A stretch of 19,341 bases of DNA, taken from assembly GCA_031372565.1 (NCBI GenBank), contig JANMLN010000088.1, forward strand, positions 1 through 19,341, written 5' to 3'. Positions within the stretch are counted from its first letter, which is position 1. Every line of letters starts with the position of its first letter. This DNA is from Gemmatimonadota bacterium (GTDB lineage: Bacteria > Gemmatimonadota > Gemmatimonadetes > Gemmatimonadales > Gemmatimonadaceae). Both the position numbers and the translations under genes were made by a program. The notes below the pieces were generated by a model. That model was not told the origin of the DNA, searched no databases, and was given only the letters and a program-made list of their open reading frames with translations. Below are positions 1 to 9,219 of the stretch, piece by piece.

Positions 1-522
1 GACGCGGCGGTGCAGGAGGTCCAGCGCGTGCTCAACGAGCGGCTGGCCGGGCTCTCGCTGCGGGACATCCGCGCCACGCTCAGCGGCCGGCTCCGTGACG
101 CGGCCACCCCGGGGCAGGTGAGCGAGTTGCTGAATATCTTCATCGAGGAGGGCGATCAGATGTTCGACCTCCCGGTGACCGGTGCCGTATCGGATGTGGT
201 GTTGGGACAACCGTCGCTTCTGGCCGATCACCCGGAGTTCAGCGACACCGACGGCATGCGGCGCGTCATGGAACTGACCGAAACTCGACATGAGATCGGG
301 GAACTGCTCCGGGGGCGTCAGGTTGGACCCGGGCTCCAGATCACGATCGGGGGCGAGCACGGCGAAGGGCTGCTGGAACGGTTCACGCTGGTCACCGCCG
401 AGTATCGCGCCGGGTCGATCAGCGGCGTGATCGGAGTGATCGGGCCGACGCGCATGCCGTACGACAAGGTGATCTCTCTGGTCACGCACACGAGCCGTCT
501 CGTGTCGGAACTTCTTCACTAG
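1..522 (+). CDS. hrcA: Heat-inducible transcription repressor HrcA, C-terminal part (5' end outside window)
   Basis: Frame +1 is open from base 1 to TAG at 520-522. C-terminal [17 protein letters not shown] is the HrcA signature, with HPEFSD and ITIGGE also typical. Lies directly upstream of dnaJ. Confidence 0.93.
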   Translation, partial: DAAVQEVQRVLNERLAGLSLRDIRATLSGRLRDAATPGQVSELLNIFIEEGDQMFDLPVTGAVSDVVLGQPSLLADHPEFSDTDGMRRVMELTETRHEIGELLRGRQVGPGLQITIGGEHGEGLLERFTLVTAEYRAGSISGVIGVIGPTRMPYDKVISLVTHTSRLVSELLH

Positions 523-536
523 CGCACGACGGGACG

Positions 537-1673
537 ATGTCCGACTACTACGCGACGCTCAACGTCGAACGCACCGCGTCCGACGACGAGATCAAGAAGA
601 ACTACCGCCGGCTGGCGATGCAGTACCATCCCGACAAGAACAACGGGAGCAAGGAGGCGGAAGAGAAGTTCAAGGAGATCACCGAGGCGTGGGACGTCCT
701 CCGTGATCCGCAGAAGCGCGCGGCCTACGATCGCTACGGCGAAGAGGGGCTGCGGCGCGGTGCCGGCGCCGGTGGATTCCATCACGTGGATCTGTCCGAG
801 GCGCTCAACATCTTCATGCGTGACTTCGCCGGTTTCGGCGATGTCTTCGGCAACGCGGCGGGCGGCGGTGGCAGCACCGGGCCACGTTCGGGGGGCGACG
901 TCAAGGTGACGATCCCGCTCACGCTCGCGCAGGTCGCGGTCGGCATCGAGAAGGTACTGACGATGAAGCTGCTCGAGAGCTGCGACAAGTGCACCGGTTC
1001 TGGCGCCGAGCCGGGGACCAAGCCCACCAAGTGCCAGACCTGCGCCGGTACCGGCGAAGTGCGTCGGGCGCAGCGGTCGTTCTTTGGCCAGTTCGTGAGC
1101 GTGGCGCCGTGCCCCACTTGCGGTGGCGAAGGCGTCTCGATCTCGTCGCCGTGCAAGAAGTGCAAGGGCGAAGGACGCGTGCGCGGCGAGCGGCAGGTCA
1201 CCGTCAAGATTCCGGCCGGCGTTGCAACGGGTCAGTACATGACGTTGCGCGGGCAGGGGAACGTGGGCGCGCGCGGCGGTCCGCGTGGCGACGTGCTCGT
1301 GATCTTCGAGGTCGAGGATGACGATCGGTTCGAGCGCGAGGGCGAGGATCTCTACACCGAACTCCTCTGTACCTATCCGCAGATGGCGCTCGGTGCCGAC
1401 GTCGAAGTGCCCGCCGTCACGGGCACGATGTCGTTGCGCGTTCCGGCGGGCACGCAGAGCGGGCAGCTCTTCACGCTGCGTGGGCGCGGCCTCCCGCGCG
1501 TGAACGCCAGCGGTGTGGGCGACTTGCATGTCCGCGTGCAGCTCTGGACCCCCACCGAGATTGCGGGCGAGGAGAAGCGACTGATCGAGCAGCTCGCCGT
1601 GCTGCGCCCGACCGTCCAGCAGCCGCGCAACAAGAGCTTCTGGTCGAAGATGAAGGACGCGCTCGGCGCGTGA
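537..1673 (+). CDS. dnaJ: Chaperone DnaJ (class A J-domain protein)
   Basis: J-domain with HPD (YHPDKN), G/F-rich linker, four CxxCxGxG repeats ([32 protein letters not shown]) and C-terminal GDLHVRV. Confidence 0.97.
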   Translation: MSDYYATLNVERTASDDEIKKNYRRLAMQYHPDKNNGSKEAEEKFKEITEAWDVLRDPQKRAAYDRYGEEGLRRGAGAGGFHHVDLSEALNIFMRDFAGFGDVFGNAAGGGGSTGPRSGGDVKVTIPLTLAQVAVGIEKVLTMKLLESCDKCTGSGAEPGTKPTKCQTCAGTGEVRRAQRSFFGQFVSVAPCPTCGGEGVSISSPCKKCKGEGRVRGERQVTVKIPAGVATGQYMTLRGQGNVGARGGPRGDVLVIFEVEDDDRFEREGEDLYTELLCTYPQMALGADVEVPAVTGTMSLRVPAGTQSGQLFTLRGRGLPRVNASGVGDLHVRVQLWTPTEIAGEEKRLIEQLAVLRPTVQQPRNKSFWSKMKDALGA

Positions 1674-2491
1674 CCTGGACAACCTTTCGCATCGTCCCCG
1701 GCCTCGAACGGGACGCCGTGATCGCGGCGCTGTTCGAGGTGGGCGCGCAGGCGGTGCAGGAAGACGGCGCCGCGATCATCACGAGCTTCCCGCCGGACAT
1801 TGATCCGGTGAAGGTGCGCGCGGCGATTCGCGAGGCCGATGCCACCGCCATGGTCGCGTCGAATGATCTGCCCGACATCGACTGGAGCGAAGCGTGGAAG
1901 GAGCGACTGTCGGCGCATGTCGTCGGTGGGTTGACGATCACGCCGCCCTGGCTCGCGGCGGGGCACGATCCGGCAACGACCGTCATCATCGATCCGGGCA
2001 TGGCGTTCGGGACCGGCGACCATCCCACGACGCGCGGAGTGATGCGCCTGCTGGGCGGGTTCGTGCACCCCGGGTTCGTGGTCGCAGATCTCGGGGCGGG
2101 GAGCGCGGCGCTGGCGATTGCCGCGGCCAAGCTGGGGGCGGCGCGCGTGGCAGCCGTGGAGCTCGATCACGACGCGATCGAGAATGCGATCGAGAATACC
2201 GTGACCAACGGTGTGGCCGATCGGGTGCAGGTCATCGAGGGTGACGCGGCCGACCTCCTGCCACTCATCGCCCCCGTGCAGCTGGTGCTCGCCAACATCA
2301 TTTCGAGCGTGCTGCTCCCGATGTTGCCGATCATTCGTGCGGCGCTGCCGGCGGGCGGCCACGCGATCCTGAGCGGTTTGCTGATCGAGGAGCAGGCGCG
2401 CATGCGGCAGGCATTCGCGGCCGGTGGCTGGCAGGAAGTCGCATCCGACGAGGAGGGAGCCTGGTGGAGCGTCGCGATCCAGCGTCCGTAG
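1670..2491 (+). CDS. prmA: Ribosomal protein L11 methyltransferase
   Basis: [15 protein letters not shown] signature, SAM motif I DLGAGS, VLANI and LSGL. GTGA overlap with dnaJ. Canonical dnaJ-prmA-rsmE order. Confidence 0.92.
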   Translation: MTWTTFRIVPGLERDAVIAALFEVGAQAVQEDGAAIITSFPPDIDPVKVRAAIREADATAMVASNDLPDIDWSEAWKERLSAHVVGGLTITPPWLAAGHDPATTVIIDPGMAFGTGDHPTTRGVMRLLGGFVHPGFVVADLGAGSAALAIAAAKLGAARVAAVELDHDAIENAIENTVTNGVADRVQVIEGDAADLLPLIAPVQLVLANIISSVLLPMLPIIRAALPAGGHAILSGLLIEEQARMRQAFAAGGWQEVASDEEGAWWSVAIQRP

Positions 2492-3210
2492 CCACGTTCT
2501 TTGCCCCTGATCCGCTCGAAGCGGGGCAGATGGCGCTGCTGGGTGAAGAGGTTGCGCATCACATGCGCGTCCGGCGCATTGATATTGGTGAGACGGTGCG
2601 CATGGTCGACGGCGTCGGCGGGCGGGCCATGGGCGTGGTACGGCGACTCGCCAAGGGGAGCGCGCAGGTCGAGATCGGCCCCGCGGTGGAACGGGTTCCG
2701 CATCCGCGTGATGTGCACCTGCTCGTGCCGGTGGCTGATCGTGACCGGATGCTCTGGCTCTCCGAGAAGGTGGCCGAGCTGGGCCTGGCCTCGTGGCGGC
2801 CCGTGGTGTGGCGGCGCTCCAAGAGCGTCTCGCCGCGCGGGGAAGGCCCCGCCTTTCATGCCAAGGTGAAGGCGCGCATGACGGGGGCGCTCGAGCAGAG
2901 CGGTGGCGCCTGGTTACCCGCGCTCTATCCCGATGCTCCGCTCGATCGGGCGCTGCTGGCCCTGCCCGAGGGGACGCGATTGCTGCTGGACGCAAGCGGC
3001 TCGCCGATCGTCTCCGCGATGGCGACGGTGCCGTCATCCAGCGGCCACCTGATCGTCGCGGTCGGCCCGGAGGGCGGCATGGAAGCCGACGAACTGGACC
3101 GCTGCCGCGAGGCCAACTTTCGCCCCGTGTCGCTGGGCGACGGCACGCTCCGGTTCGAGACGGCCGCACTTTCCGCGCTTGCCGTGTTGCGCGCCTTGTT
3201 CGCCTCCTGA
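2464..3210 (+). CDS. rsmE: 16S rRNA m3U1498 methyltransferase (SPOUT family)
   Basis: HHMRVRR, EKVAELG, VGPEGG and LGDGTLRFETAA motifs. GTG start at 2464 is preceded by AGGAGG (2451-2456). Confidence 0.92.
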   Translation: MERRDPASVATFFAPDPLEAGQMALLGEEVAHHMRVRRIDIGETVRMVDGVGGRAMGVVRRLAKGSAQVEIGPAVERVPHPRDVHLLVPVADRDRMLWLSEKVAELGLASWRPVVWRRSKSVSPRGEGPAFHAKVKARMTGALEQSGGAWLPALYPDAPLDRALLALPEGTRLLLDASGSPIVSAMATVPSSSGHLIVAVGPEGGMEADELDRCREANFRPVSLGDGTLRFETAALSALAVLRALFAS

Positions 3211-3225
3211 CCGGTTGAGGTTCTG

Positions 3226-3567
3226 ATGCCCGACCCCTGCCTCTTCTGCCGGATGGTTGCCGGCGAGATCCCGATCACCAAGGTGGCCGAGACGGAGCGG
3301 TGTCTCGCGTTCCGCGACATCCATCCGCAGGCGCCGACGCACATCCTGGTCATTCCCAAAGCGCACTTCGGTTCGCTCAACGATGTGAACGACCACGCGG
3401 TGCTCGGCGAGATGACGGCGCTCGCGGTGGAGATCGCGCGGTCGGAGGGCTTTGCCGACGCGGGGTACCGCACGGTGATGAACACGAATGCCGATGGCGG
3501 GCAGACGGTGGGTCACCTGCATATGCATGTGTTGGCGGGCCGGCAACTGCGCTGGCCTCCCGGCTGA
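3226..3567 (+). CDS. Histidine triad nucleotide-binding protein (HinT-like)
   Basis: N-terminal CLFC, AFRDIHPQAPTHILVIPK, triad GQTVGHLHMHV and C-terminal WPPG. Confidence 0.93.
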   Translation: MPDPCLFCRMVAGEIPITKVAETERCLAFRDIHPQAPTHILVIPKAHFGSLNDVNDHAVLGEMTALAVEIARSEGFADAGYRTVMNTNADGGQTVGHLHMHVLAGRQLRWPPG

Positions 3568-3603
3568 GCGGTGTGCACGGCACGGCAGCATGAGAATGCT
3601 CGC

Positions 3604-3633
3604 TTGACCACGTGCCCGGACGCCTCGTACGTT
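3604..3633 (+). promoter_or_regulatory. Putative sigma70-type promoter
   Basis: TTGACC (3604-3609), 18-nt spacer, TACGTT (3628-3633), in the only large gap of the + strand gene run. Pattern match only. Confidence 0.5.
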
Positions 3634-3693
3634 CCAAGGCTGGACCTGCGTATCGTTTCGTCACCTACCGCTCGTCGCTCACCGGAGGCGCGC

Positions 3694-3726
3694 GTGAACA
3701 GCATCTGTAACGCCGCGAACGGCTAG
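3694..3726 (+). CDS. Putative 10-codon micro-ORF (MNSICNAANG) upstream of, and in frame with, yqeY
   Basis: GGAGG at 3684-3688, GTG at 3694, TAG at 3724-3726, then CCC and the yqeY ATG at 3730. Confidence 0.35.
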   Translation: MNSICNAANG

Positions 3727-3729
3727 CCC

Positions 3730-4173
3730 ATGAGTGCGCTCTTCGCCCGCCTGCAGGCCGACCTCAACACGGCCCGCAAGGCACAGGACAAACCCCGCAC
3801 GCTCGTACTCGGCACCCTGGTGTCCGAGGTCAAGAATCGCGCGCTCGAACTGGACCGCGTCCTGACCGACGACGACACCGTGGATGTGCTGCGCAAGGCG
3901 CTCAAGCGCCGTCGCGAGTCCGCCGAGATGTACGAGAAGGGGGCGCGCACCGATCTGGCCGCGATCGAGACGGCCGAGATCGCGATCATCGAGCAGCTGC
4001 TCCCCGCCGCCCCGTCGAACGACGAAGTGCGGGCCGCGGTCCAGGCTGCCATTGCCGCCGGCGCCACGAATGTGGGCGCGCTGATGGGAAAGATCATGCC
4101 CCAGTTCAAGGGGAAGGTCGACGGCGGCGTCATCAACACCATCGCTCGCGAGGAGCTCGCGCGAGCGGGGTGA
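3730..4173 (+). CDS. GatB/YqeY domain protein
   Basis: 147 aa helical protein with KRRRESAEMYEKGARTDLA, EIAIIEQLLP and GALMGKIMPQFKGKVDG, typical of YqeY. Context fits. Confidence 0.9.
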   Translation: MSALFARLQADLNTARKAQDKPRTLVLGTLVSEVKNRALELDRVLTDDDTVDVLRKALKRRRESAEMYEKGARTDLAAIETAEIAIIEQLLPAAPSNDEVRAAVQAAIAAGATNVGALMGKIMPQFKGKVDGGVINTIAREELARAG

Positions 4174-4183
4174 GCCCCCACGC

Positions 4184-6568
4184 GTGAATACCCACGCCCT
4201 CGCGGTTCTCGAGTTCGAGCGCGCCCTCGCGCTCGTCGCTGAGCGCGCGCCGTCCGCCCTCGGCGCGGCGCGCGTGCTGGCCCTTCGCCCGCGCAGCGAC
4301 CGCACCTGGTTGGAGGCGGAGCACGGGCGCGTGGCGGCCATGCGCGCGCTGCACGAGCACGAGACGCGATGGACGGCCCACCGCATCACCGATCTGCAGA
4401 CGGCACTGACGAGGCTCCGGCTCGAGGGCACCGTCTGGAGCGCTCCCGACCTGCTTGCCGGGGCAATGCTGCTCGGATCGTCGCGTCGCACAGCCGATGC
4501 ACTCGCCGATCAGCGCCGACCCGCGGCCGCGCGGGCCGTGCTGGCCGCGCTCGCCGGCGCGCTCGTGCGCGCACCGCGCGAAGAGGAGGCGATCGGGCGC
4601 ATCATCTCCGATGACGGCGAAGTGCGCGATGACGCATCACCCGCGCTGCGTCGCATTCGCCGCGAGCTGCGTGGGGCCGAAGCCGAACTGATTCGCCTGC
4701 TCGAGCGCGTGGTGAGTGGGCTGCCCGAGCATCAGCGCGTGCTCGATGCCTCGGTAACGGTCCGCAACGGGCGCTACGTCATCCCCGTCCGGCGCGACGC
4801 GCGCGGCAGCGTGGGTGGGATCGTGCATGACACGTCGGGATCAGGAGCCACGCTCTTTGTCGAGCCGCCTGCGGCCGTCGAGTTCGGCAACCGGATACGT
4901 GAACTCGAAGGCGAAGATCACGAAGAGGTCGAGCGGATTCTTCGCGAGGCCACCGACCGGTTGCGTCCCTTTCATCCGCAGCTGGTGGCGGCGTTCGATG
5001 CGCTGGTCGAACTCGAATCGCTCTCGGCACGCGCGCAGTTTGCGCTCGATGTGCGCGCCGCACCCGTGGATTTCGGCGAACCCGGTGGCGTGCTGCGCAT
5101 CGTGGATGGTCGCCACCCGCTGCTGGTGGCGCAGGGCGTCACGGTCGTCCCCTTCGACCTCACGCTCGAGCCGGCGCAGCGCACGCTGCTCCTGTCCGGC
5201 CCCAACACGGGGGGCAAGACGGTCCTGCTCAAGGCCATCGGCCTCATCGTCACGCTGCTGCAGGCGGGGGTGCCCGCCCCCGTGGGTGCCATGAGCGTGG
5301 TGCCGCTGGTTGACGACATCTTCGCCGATGTGGGCGACGAGCAATCGATCGCGGCCTCGCTCTCGACCTTCAGCGCGCATCTCAAGAACCTCTCCGAGAT
5401 CCTGGAGCGGGCCACCTTCGCGTCGCTCGTGCTCATCGACGAATTGGGATCCGGCACCGACCCGCAGGAGGGAGGCGCGTTGGGGGCTGCCGTGCTCGAG
5501 GCGCTTACCACGCGCGGCGTGCTCACGGTGGCCACCACGCACCTGGGGTCGCTCAAGGAAGTGGCCACCGAAGTGCCGGGCATCGTGAACGCCTCGCTGC
5601 AGTTCGACGCCGAGCGGCTCGCGCCGACGTATCGCTTGATCATCGGGGTGCCGGGTCGCTCGTACGGCCTGATGATCGCGCGCCGGTTGGGCCTCCCACC
5701 CGACGTGCTGGCCCGCGCCGAGGAGCGGCTACCCCGCCTGGAGCGCGACTACGAGGCGCTGCTGGCGGACCTCGAGCGCCGGTCCACCGAACTCGCCACG
5801 CGGGAGCGCGAGACAACGGAGTTGCGCGAGAACGCGGCGGAGCGAATCGGCCGGCTGGTGGAGCGCGAAGCGGAGGTCAAGCGGCGGGAGAAGAGCGCCG
5901 AGCGCGACGCGCGCGAACAGGAGCGCCGGTATCTGCTCGACGCGCGTGCGGAGGTCGAAGCGGCCGTGAAGGTCGTGAAGGCCGCGCAGGCAGCAGAGCT
6001 CGACGAGGCCGCGCGCCTCGCCCGTCGAACCGTTGAGCAGAAGGCGGTCGCGGCCGGCGAGCGCGTGCAGGCGATCGACCGCGAAGCGGCCGACGCATCG
6101 CGCGCGCGACTCGGTGCGAACGGTGATGTCTCCGTGGGCGACACGGTGGCCGTCGCCACGCTCGGCGGCAAGTTGGGCCGTGTCGTGGGACTGCGCGCTG
6201 GCGATGCGATCGTGGCCGTCGGGTCGCTTAAGCTGACCGTGCCGCTGCCGAGCGTGGCGCGGTCGAGTCAGACGCTGCCGAGCGAGCCGCTGGTGCCGCT
6301 CCGGGGTGACATTCCGGAACCGGAGGTCCGGCGCGAGATTGACCTGCGCGGGATGCGGGCCGACGAAGTGGAAGATCTCGTGCTGCAGGCGGTGGATGCC
6401 GCTGTGCACGCGGATCTCAAGGCGATCCGGATCATCCACGGCAAGGGGACAGGAGTGCTGCGCGAGCGAGTCGCCGAGATGCTGGCCAAGGATACGCGCG
6501 TGTCGTCGTTCCGCACCGGACAGTGGAACGAAGGCGGCACGGGCGTGACCGTCGCGGAGATCGCCTGA
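4184..6568 (+). CDS. mutS2: Endonuclease MutS2 (Smr-domain MutS2)
   Basis: N-terminal LAVLEF, SGSGATLFVEP, Walker A GPNTGGKT, SLSTFSAH, DELGSGTDP, coiled coil, and C-terminal Smr domain (IDLRG...IIHGKGTGVLR...GGTGVT). Confidence 0.95.
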   Translation: MNTHALAVLEFERALALVAERAPSALGAARVLALRPRSDRTWLEAEHGRVAAMRALHEHETRWTAHRITDLQTALTRLRLEGTVWSAPDLLAGAMLLGSSRRTADALADQRRPAAARAVLAALAGALVRAPREEEAIGRIISDDGEVRDDASPALRRIRRELRGAEAELIRLLERVVSGLPEHQRVLDASVTVRNGRYVIPVRRDARGSVGGIVHDTSGSGATLFVEPPAAVEFGNRIRELEGEDHEEVERILREATDRLRPFHPQLVAAFDALVELESLSARAQFALDVRAAPVDFGEPGGVLRIVDGRHPLLVAQGVTVVPFDLTLEPAQRTLLLSGPNTGGKTVLLKAIGLIVTLLQAGVPAPVGAMSVVPLVDDIFADVGDEQSIAASLSTFSAHLKNLSEILERATFASLVLIDELGSGTDPQEGGALGAAVLEALTTRGVLTVATTHLGSLKEVATEVPGIVNASLQFDAERLAPTYRLIIGVPGRSYGLMIARRLGLPPDVLARAEERLPRLERDYEALLADLERRSTELATRERETTELRENAAERIGRLVEREAEVKRREKSAERDAREQERRYLLDARAEVEAAVKVVKAAQAAELDEAARLARRTVEQKAVAAGERVQAIDREAADASRARLGANGDVSVGDTVAVATLGGKLGRVVGLRAGDAIVAVGSLKLTVPLPSVARSSQTLPSEPLVPLRGDIPEPEVRREIDLRGMRADEVEDLVLQAVDAAVHADLKAIRIIHGKGTGVLRERVAEMLAKDTRVSSFRTGQWNEGGTGVTVAEIA

Positions 6569-6570
6569 CC

Positions 6571-8493
6571 GTGCGCTTCACCGACGAATTTCTCGACCAG
6601 CTCAAGGACGGGGCCGACATCGTCGGCATCATCGGCGAGCATGTGAAGCTCAAGCGCACCGGTGGGCAGTGGCGGGGTCCGTGCCCCTTTCACAACGGCA
6701 AGAACCCCAACTTCTCGGTCGATCCGTCCAAGGGGTTCTACCACTGCTTCAAGTGCAGCGTGTCGGGCACTGCGGTGACCTTCCTGCAGAAACACCTCGG
6801 CATGGAGTGGGCCGACGCGGTCGAGGTGGTGGCCAACCGGAGCGGCATTCCGCTGCCGTCGCGTCAGGAAGACCGGCGCGGCCCCGATCCGCGCGAGAAG
6901 TACTGGGAGGTGAACGCCGCGGCCGCCGAGTATTTCCAGAAGCTCCTCTGGCAGGACGACAAGGCGACGGCCGCGCGTGCGTACCTCGAGAAGCGCGCCA
7001 TCACGCGTGAGGTGGCCGACCGGTTCCAGCTGGGCTTCGCCCCGTACGAGGCGGGGCTCTTCCGCGAGCACATGGGCGCGCTCGGCTTCGACGAGGCGCG
7101 GCTGCTCGAGACGGGGTTGGTGGTCAAGCGGGAGGAGATCGCCGAGCCACGTCCGCGTTTCCGCCGACGCCTGATGTTCCCGATCCTGGACGCGCAGGGA
7201 CACGTCGCCGGATTCGGCGGCCGTGCCCTGGGCGACGAGGAGCCCAAGTACCTCAACTCGGCCGAAGGCGAGGCCTTCACCAAGCGGCGGCTCCTGTACG
7301 GGCTCTCGAGCGCCAAGAATCACCTGCGCAAGGAAGACCGGGCGCTCGTGGTCGAGGGATACTTCGATGCCATTCGCCTGATGGCGGCGGGAATCGAGAC
7401 CGTGGTCGCGCCGCTCGGCACCGCGTTGACCGAGGAGCAGGTGGCGCTGCTCACGCGCTACACCAAGAACATCTTTCTGCTGTACGACGGCGACGAAGCG
7501 GGGCAGAAGGCGACGTTCCGCTCCGGGCTCGAGCTGCTGCGGGCGGGCGCGCAGGTGCGCGTGGTGACGCTACCCGGAGATGAAGACCCGGACACGTTCG
7601 TGCAGAAGCAGGGGGCCGCTGCGCTCGAGGGGCTGCTTGCGCATGGGCTCGATCTGTTCGACCGGCAGATCCAGCTCCTGGAGCGTGCGGGGTATTTCGC
7701 TGATCTGCACAAGAAGCGGACGGCGGTCGACAAGCTGCTGCCGACGCTTCGCGCGACCAAGGACGCCGTGACGCGTGACATGTACGTCGGGCGGCTGGCG
7801 GAGGTCTCGGGGGTGTCTGCCGAGACGCTGGTGCGTGAGATGCAGGAGCGGCCCCCCCGCGGCGCAGCTCCCGCGGGCGACGAGCCAAGCACCGCATCCG
7901 CGGAGGGCCCGCCAAACTGGGACGACGCGCCGCCGCCGTCCGAGGAGGCGCCCGCCCCCCGGAAGGAGCCTTGGGTCAAGGGGAAGTGGCGGGGCCGGCC
8001 GCGCGGACCCGAGTGGGCGGCCACCAGCGTTCCACTGCGCGCTGCCAAGACCTCCCTGGTACCGTTCGAGCGCGATCTGCTGCGCCTTATGTTGGTGCAT
8101 CGGCCCTACATTGCACGGGTGCTTGGCGAGTACGGCCCGGACGCGTGGCGGGATGAGGTGGCGGCTGCGGTCTTCACGACGCTCCGCGAGATCGGTCCCG
8201 ATGCGACGATGGAGGAGCTCGACGAAGCGCTCGAACCAGAGGCCGTGGTGCTGACGCAGAAGTTGGTGCAGGAAGCGGCGGCAGTGTCCGACAGCGAGAA
8301 GACATTCGAGATGGCGATCGTGATGTTCCGCGTGCGGGAGCTCGAAGAACGAAAGACGGAGTTGCTCCGGACGATGCAGGCGACGGACGGGGCAGAGAAG
8401 GACGAGCGATTCAGGCAGATTGCAGAGATATCCAACGAGGTGTCGGCCCTCAAGAAATCGGGCTGGACCGCCTACGAACGCATGAGGAGTTGA
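6571..8493 (+). CDS. dnaG: DNA primase
   Basis: Zinc-binding CPFH...CFKC, FRRRLMFPI, PKYLNS, TOPRIM motifs EGYFD, YDGDEAG and DPD. Start placed at GTG 6571 just after the mutS2 stop rather than at 6523. Confidence 0.95.
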   Translation: MRFTDEFLDQLKDGADIVGIIGEHVKLKRTGGQWRGPCPFHNGKNPNFSVDPSKGFYHCFKCSVSGTAVTFLQKHLGMEWADAVEVVANRSGIPLPSRQEDRRGPDPREKYWEVNAAAAEYFQKLLWQDDKATAARAYLEKRAITREVADRFQLGFAPYEAGLFREHMGALGFDEARLLETGLVVKREEIAEPRPRFRRRLMFPILDAQGHVAGFGGRALGDEEPKYLNSAEGEAFTKRRLLYGLSSAKNHLRKEDRALVVEGYFDAIRLMAAGIETVVAPLGTALTEEQVALLTRYTKNIFLLYDGDEAGQKATFRSGLELLRAGAQVRVVTLPGDEDPDTFVQKQGAAALEGLLAHGLDLFDRQIQLLERAGYFADLHKKRTAVDKLLPTLRATKDAVTRDMYVGRLAEVSGVSAETLVREMQERPPRGAAPAGDEPSTASAEGPPNWDDAPPPSEEAPAPRKEPWVKGKWRGRPRGPEWAATSVPLRAAKTSLVPFERDLLRLMLVHRPYIARVLGEYGPDAWRDEVAAAVFTTLREIGPDATMEELDEALEPEAVVLTQKLVQEAAAVSDSEKTFEMAIVMFRVRELEERKTELLRTMQATDGAEKDERFRQIAEISNEVSALKKSGWTAYERMRS

Positions 8494-8499
8494 GTCACC

Positions 8500-9219
8500 A
8501 TGGGAAGCGTCGTTCACGCTGATGTCGGAGCCCTTCTCGGGCTGCAGAAAGAAGACGCCGCAGTGCATGAACTCGAAGTGGCGCGCGCGGCACTCGGACC
8601 GCGCAAGGACGCCCTCGACAAGGCGCGCGCCCAACTGGCCGATCGCCTCGCGCGTGCCCATGCCGCCGTCGCCGCAGAAGAAAAGCTGCAGCGCGACCTG
8701 CAAGAGCGCATCCGCGACCACAAGGCGATCCACGAGAAGAACGTGGCGCAGCTCGACGTGGTCAAGCGACTGCGTGAAGCCACGGCTGCGATGGCGCAGG
8801 TGGATCGCGCGCGCCGTGTCCTGGCCGACGAAGAGGGCGAGTTGGCCGCGCTCGGTCGGCGCCTGACCGACGCCCGCGGCGCCGTCCAGACGCTCGAGAA
8901 GGACGTGGTCGCCATGACAGCCGAGCAGGAGGCGCCGCGCGCCGCCCTGCTCACCGAGGCGACGCGCCTCGATGGCGAACTGGCCACCATGCGCGCCCAG
9001 CGCGAGCAGGCCGCGACGCACGTGCCGAAAGCGTTGCTCGCCCCGTACAACCGGATTCGCACCAAGCGGCCAGGGCGCGCGGTGGTCACGCTCGTGGGGC
9101 CGTCATGCGGCGCCTGCGATACCGTGGTGCCGCTGCAGCGACGCTCGCAGATGATTGCCACGGGCAAGATCGAAGTGTGTGAAGCCTGCGGCGTCCTCAT
9201 GTACGCCGGCGAGGGGTGA
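8500..9219 (+). CDS. Coiled-coil protein with C-terminal C4 zinc ribbon (CT398/HP0958-like family)
   Basis: About 200 aa heptad-rich helix followed by YNRIR...CGAC...CEACG. AGGAG upstream. Family call made from architecture. Confidence 0.82.
   Translation: MGSVVHADVGALLGLQKEDAAVHELEVARAALGPRKDALDKARAQLADRLARAHAAVAAEEKLQRDLQERIRDHKAIHEKNVAQLDVVKRLREATAAMAQVDRARRVLADEEGELAALGRRLTDARGAVQTLEKDVVAMTAEQEAPRAALLTEATRLDGELATMRAQREQAATHVPKALLAPYNRIRTKRPGRAVVTLVGPSCGACDTVVPLQRRSQMIATGKIEVCEACGVLMYAGEG

Noticed and set aside
1..540. CIRCE operator (TTAGCACTC-N9-GAGTGCTAA)
   Set aside because: Not seen. It would be expected upstream of hrcA, outside the window.
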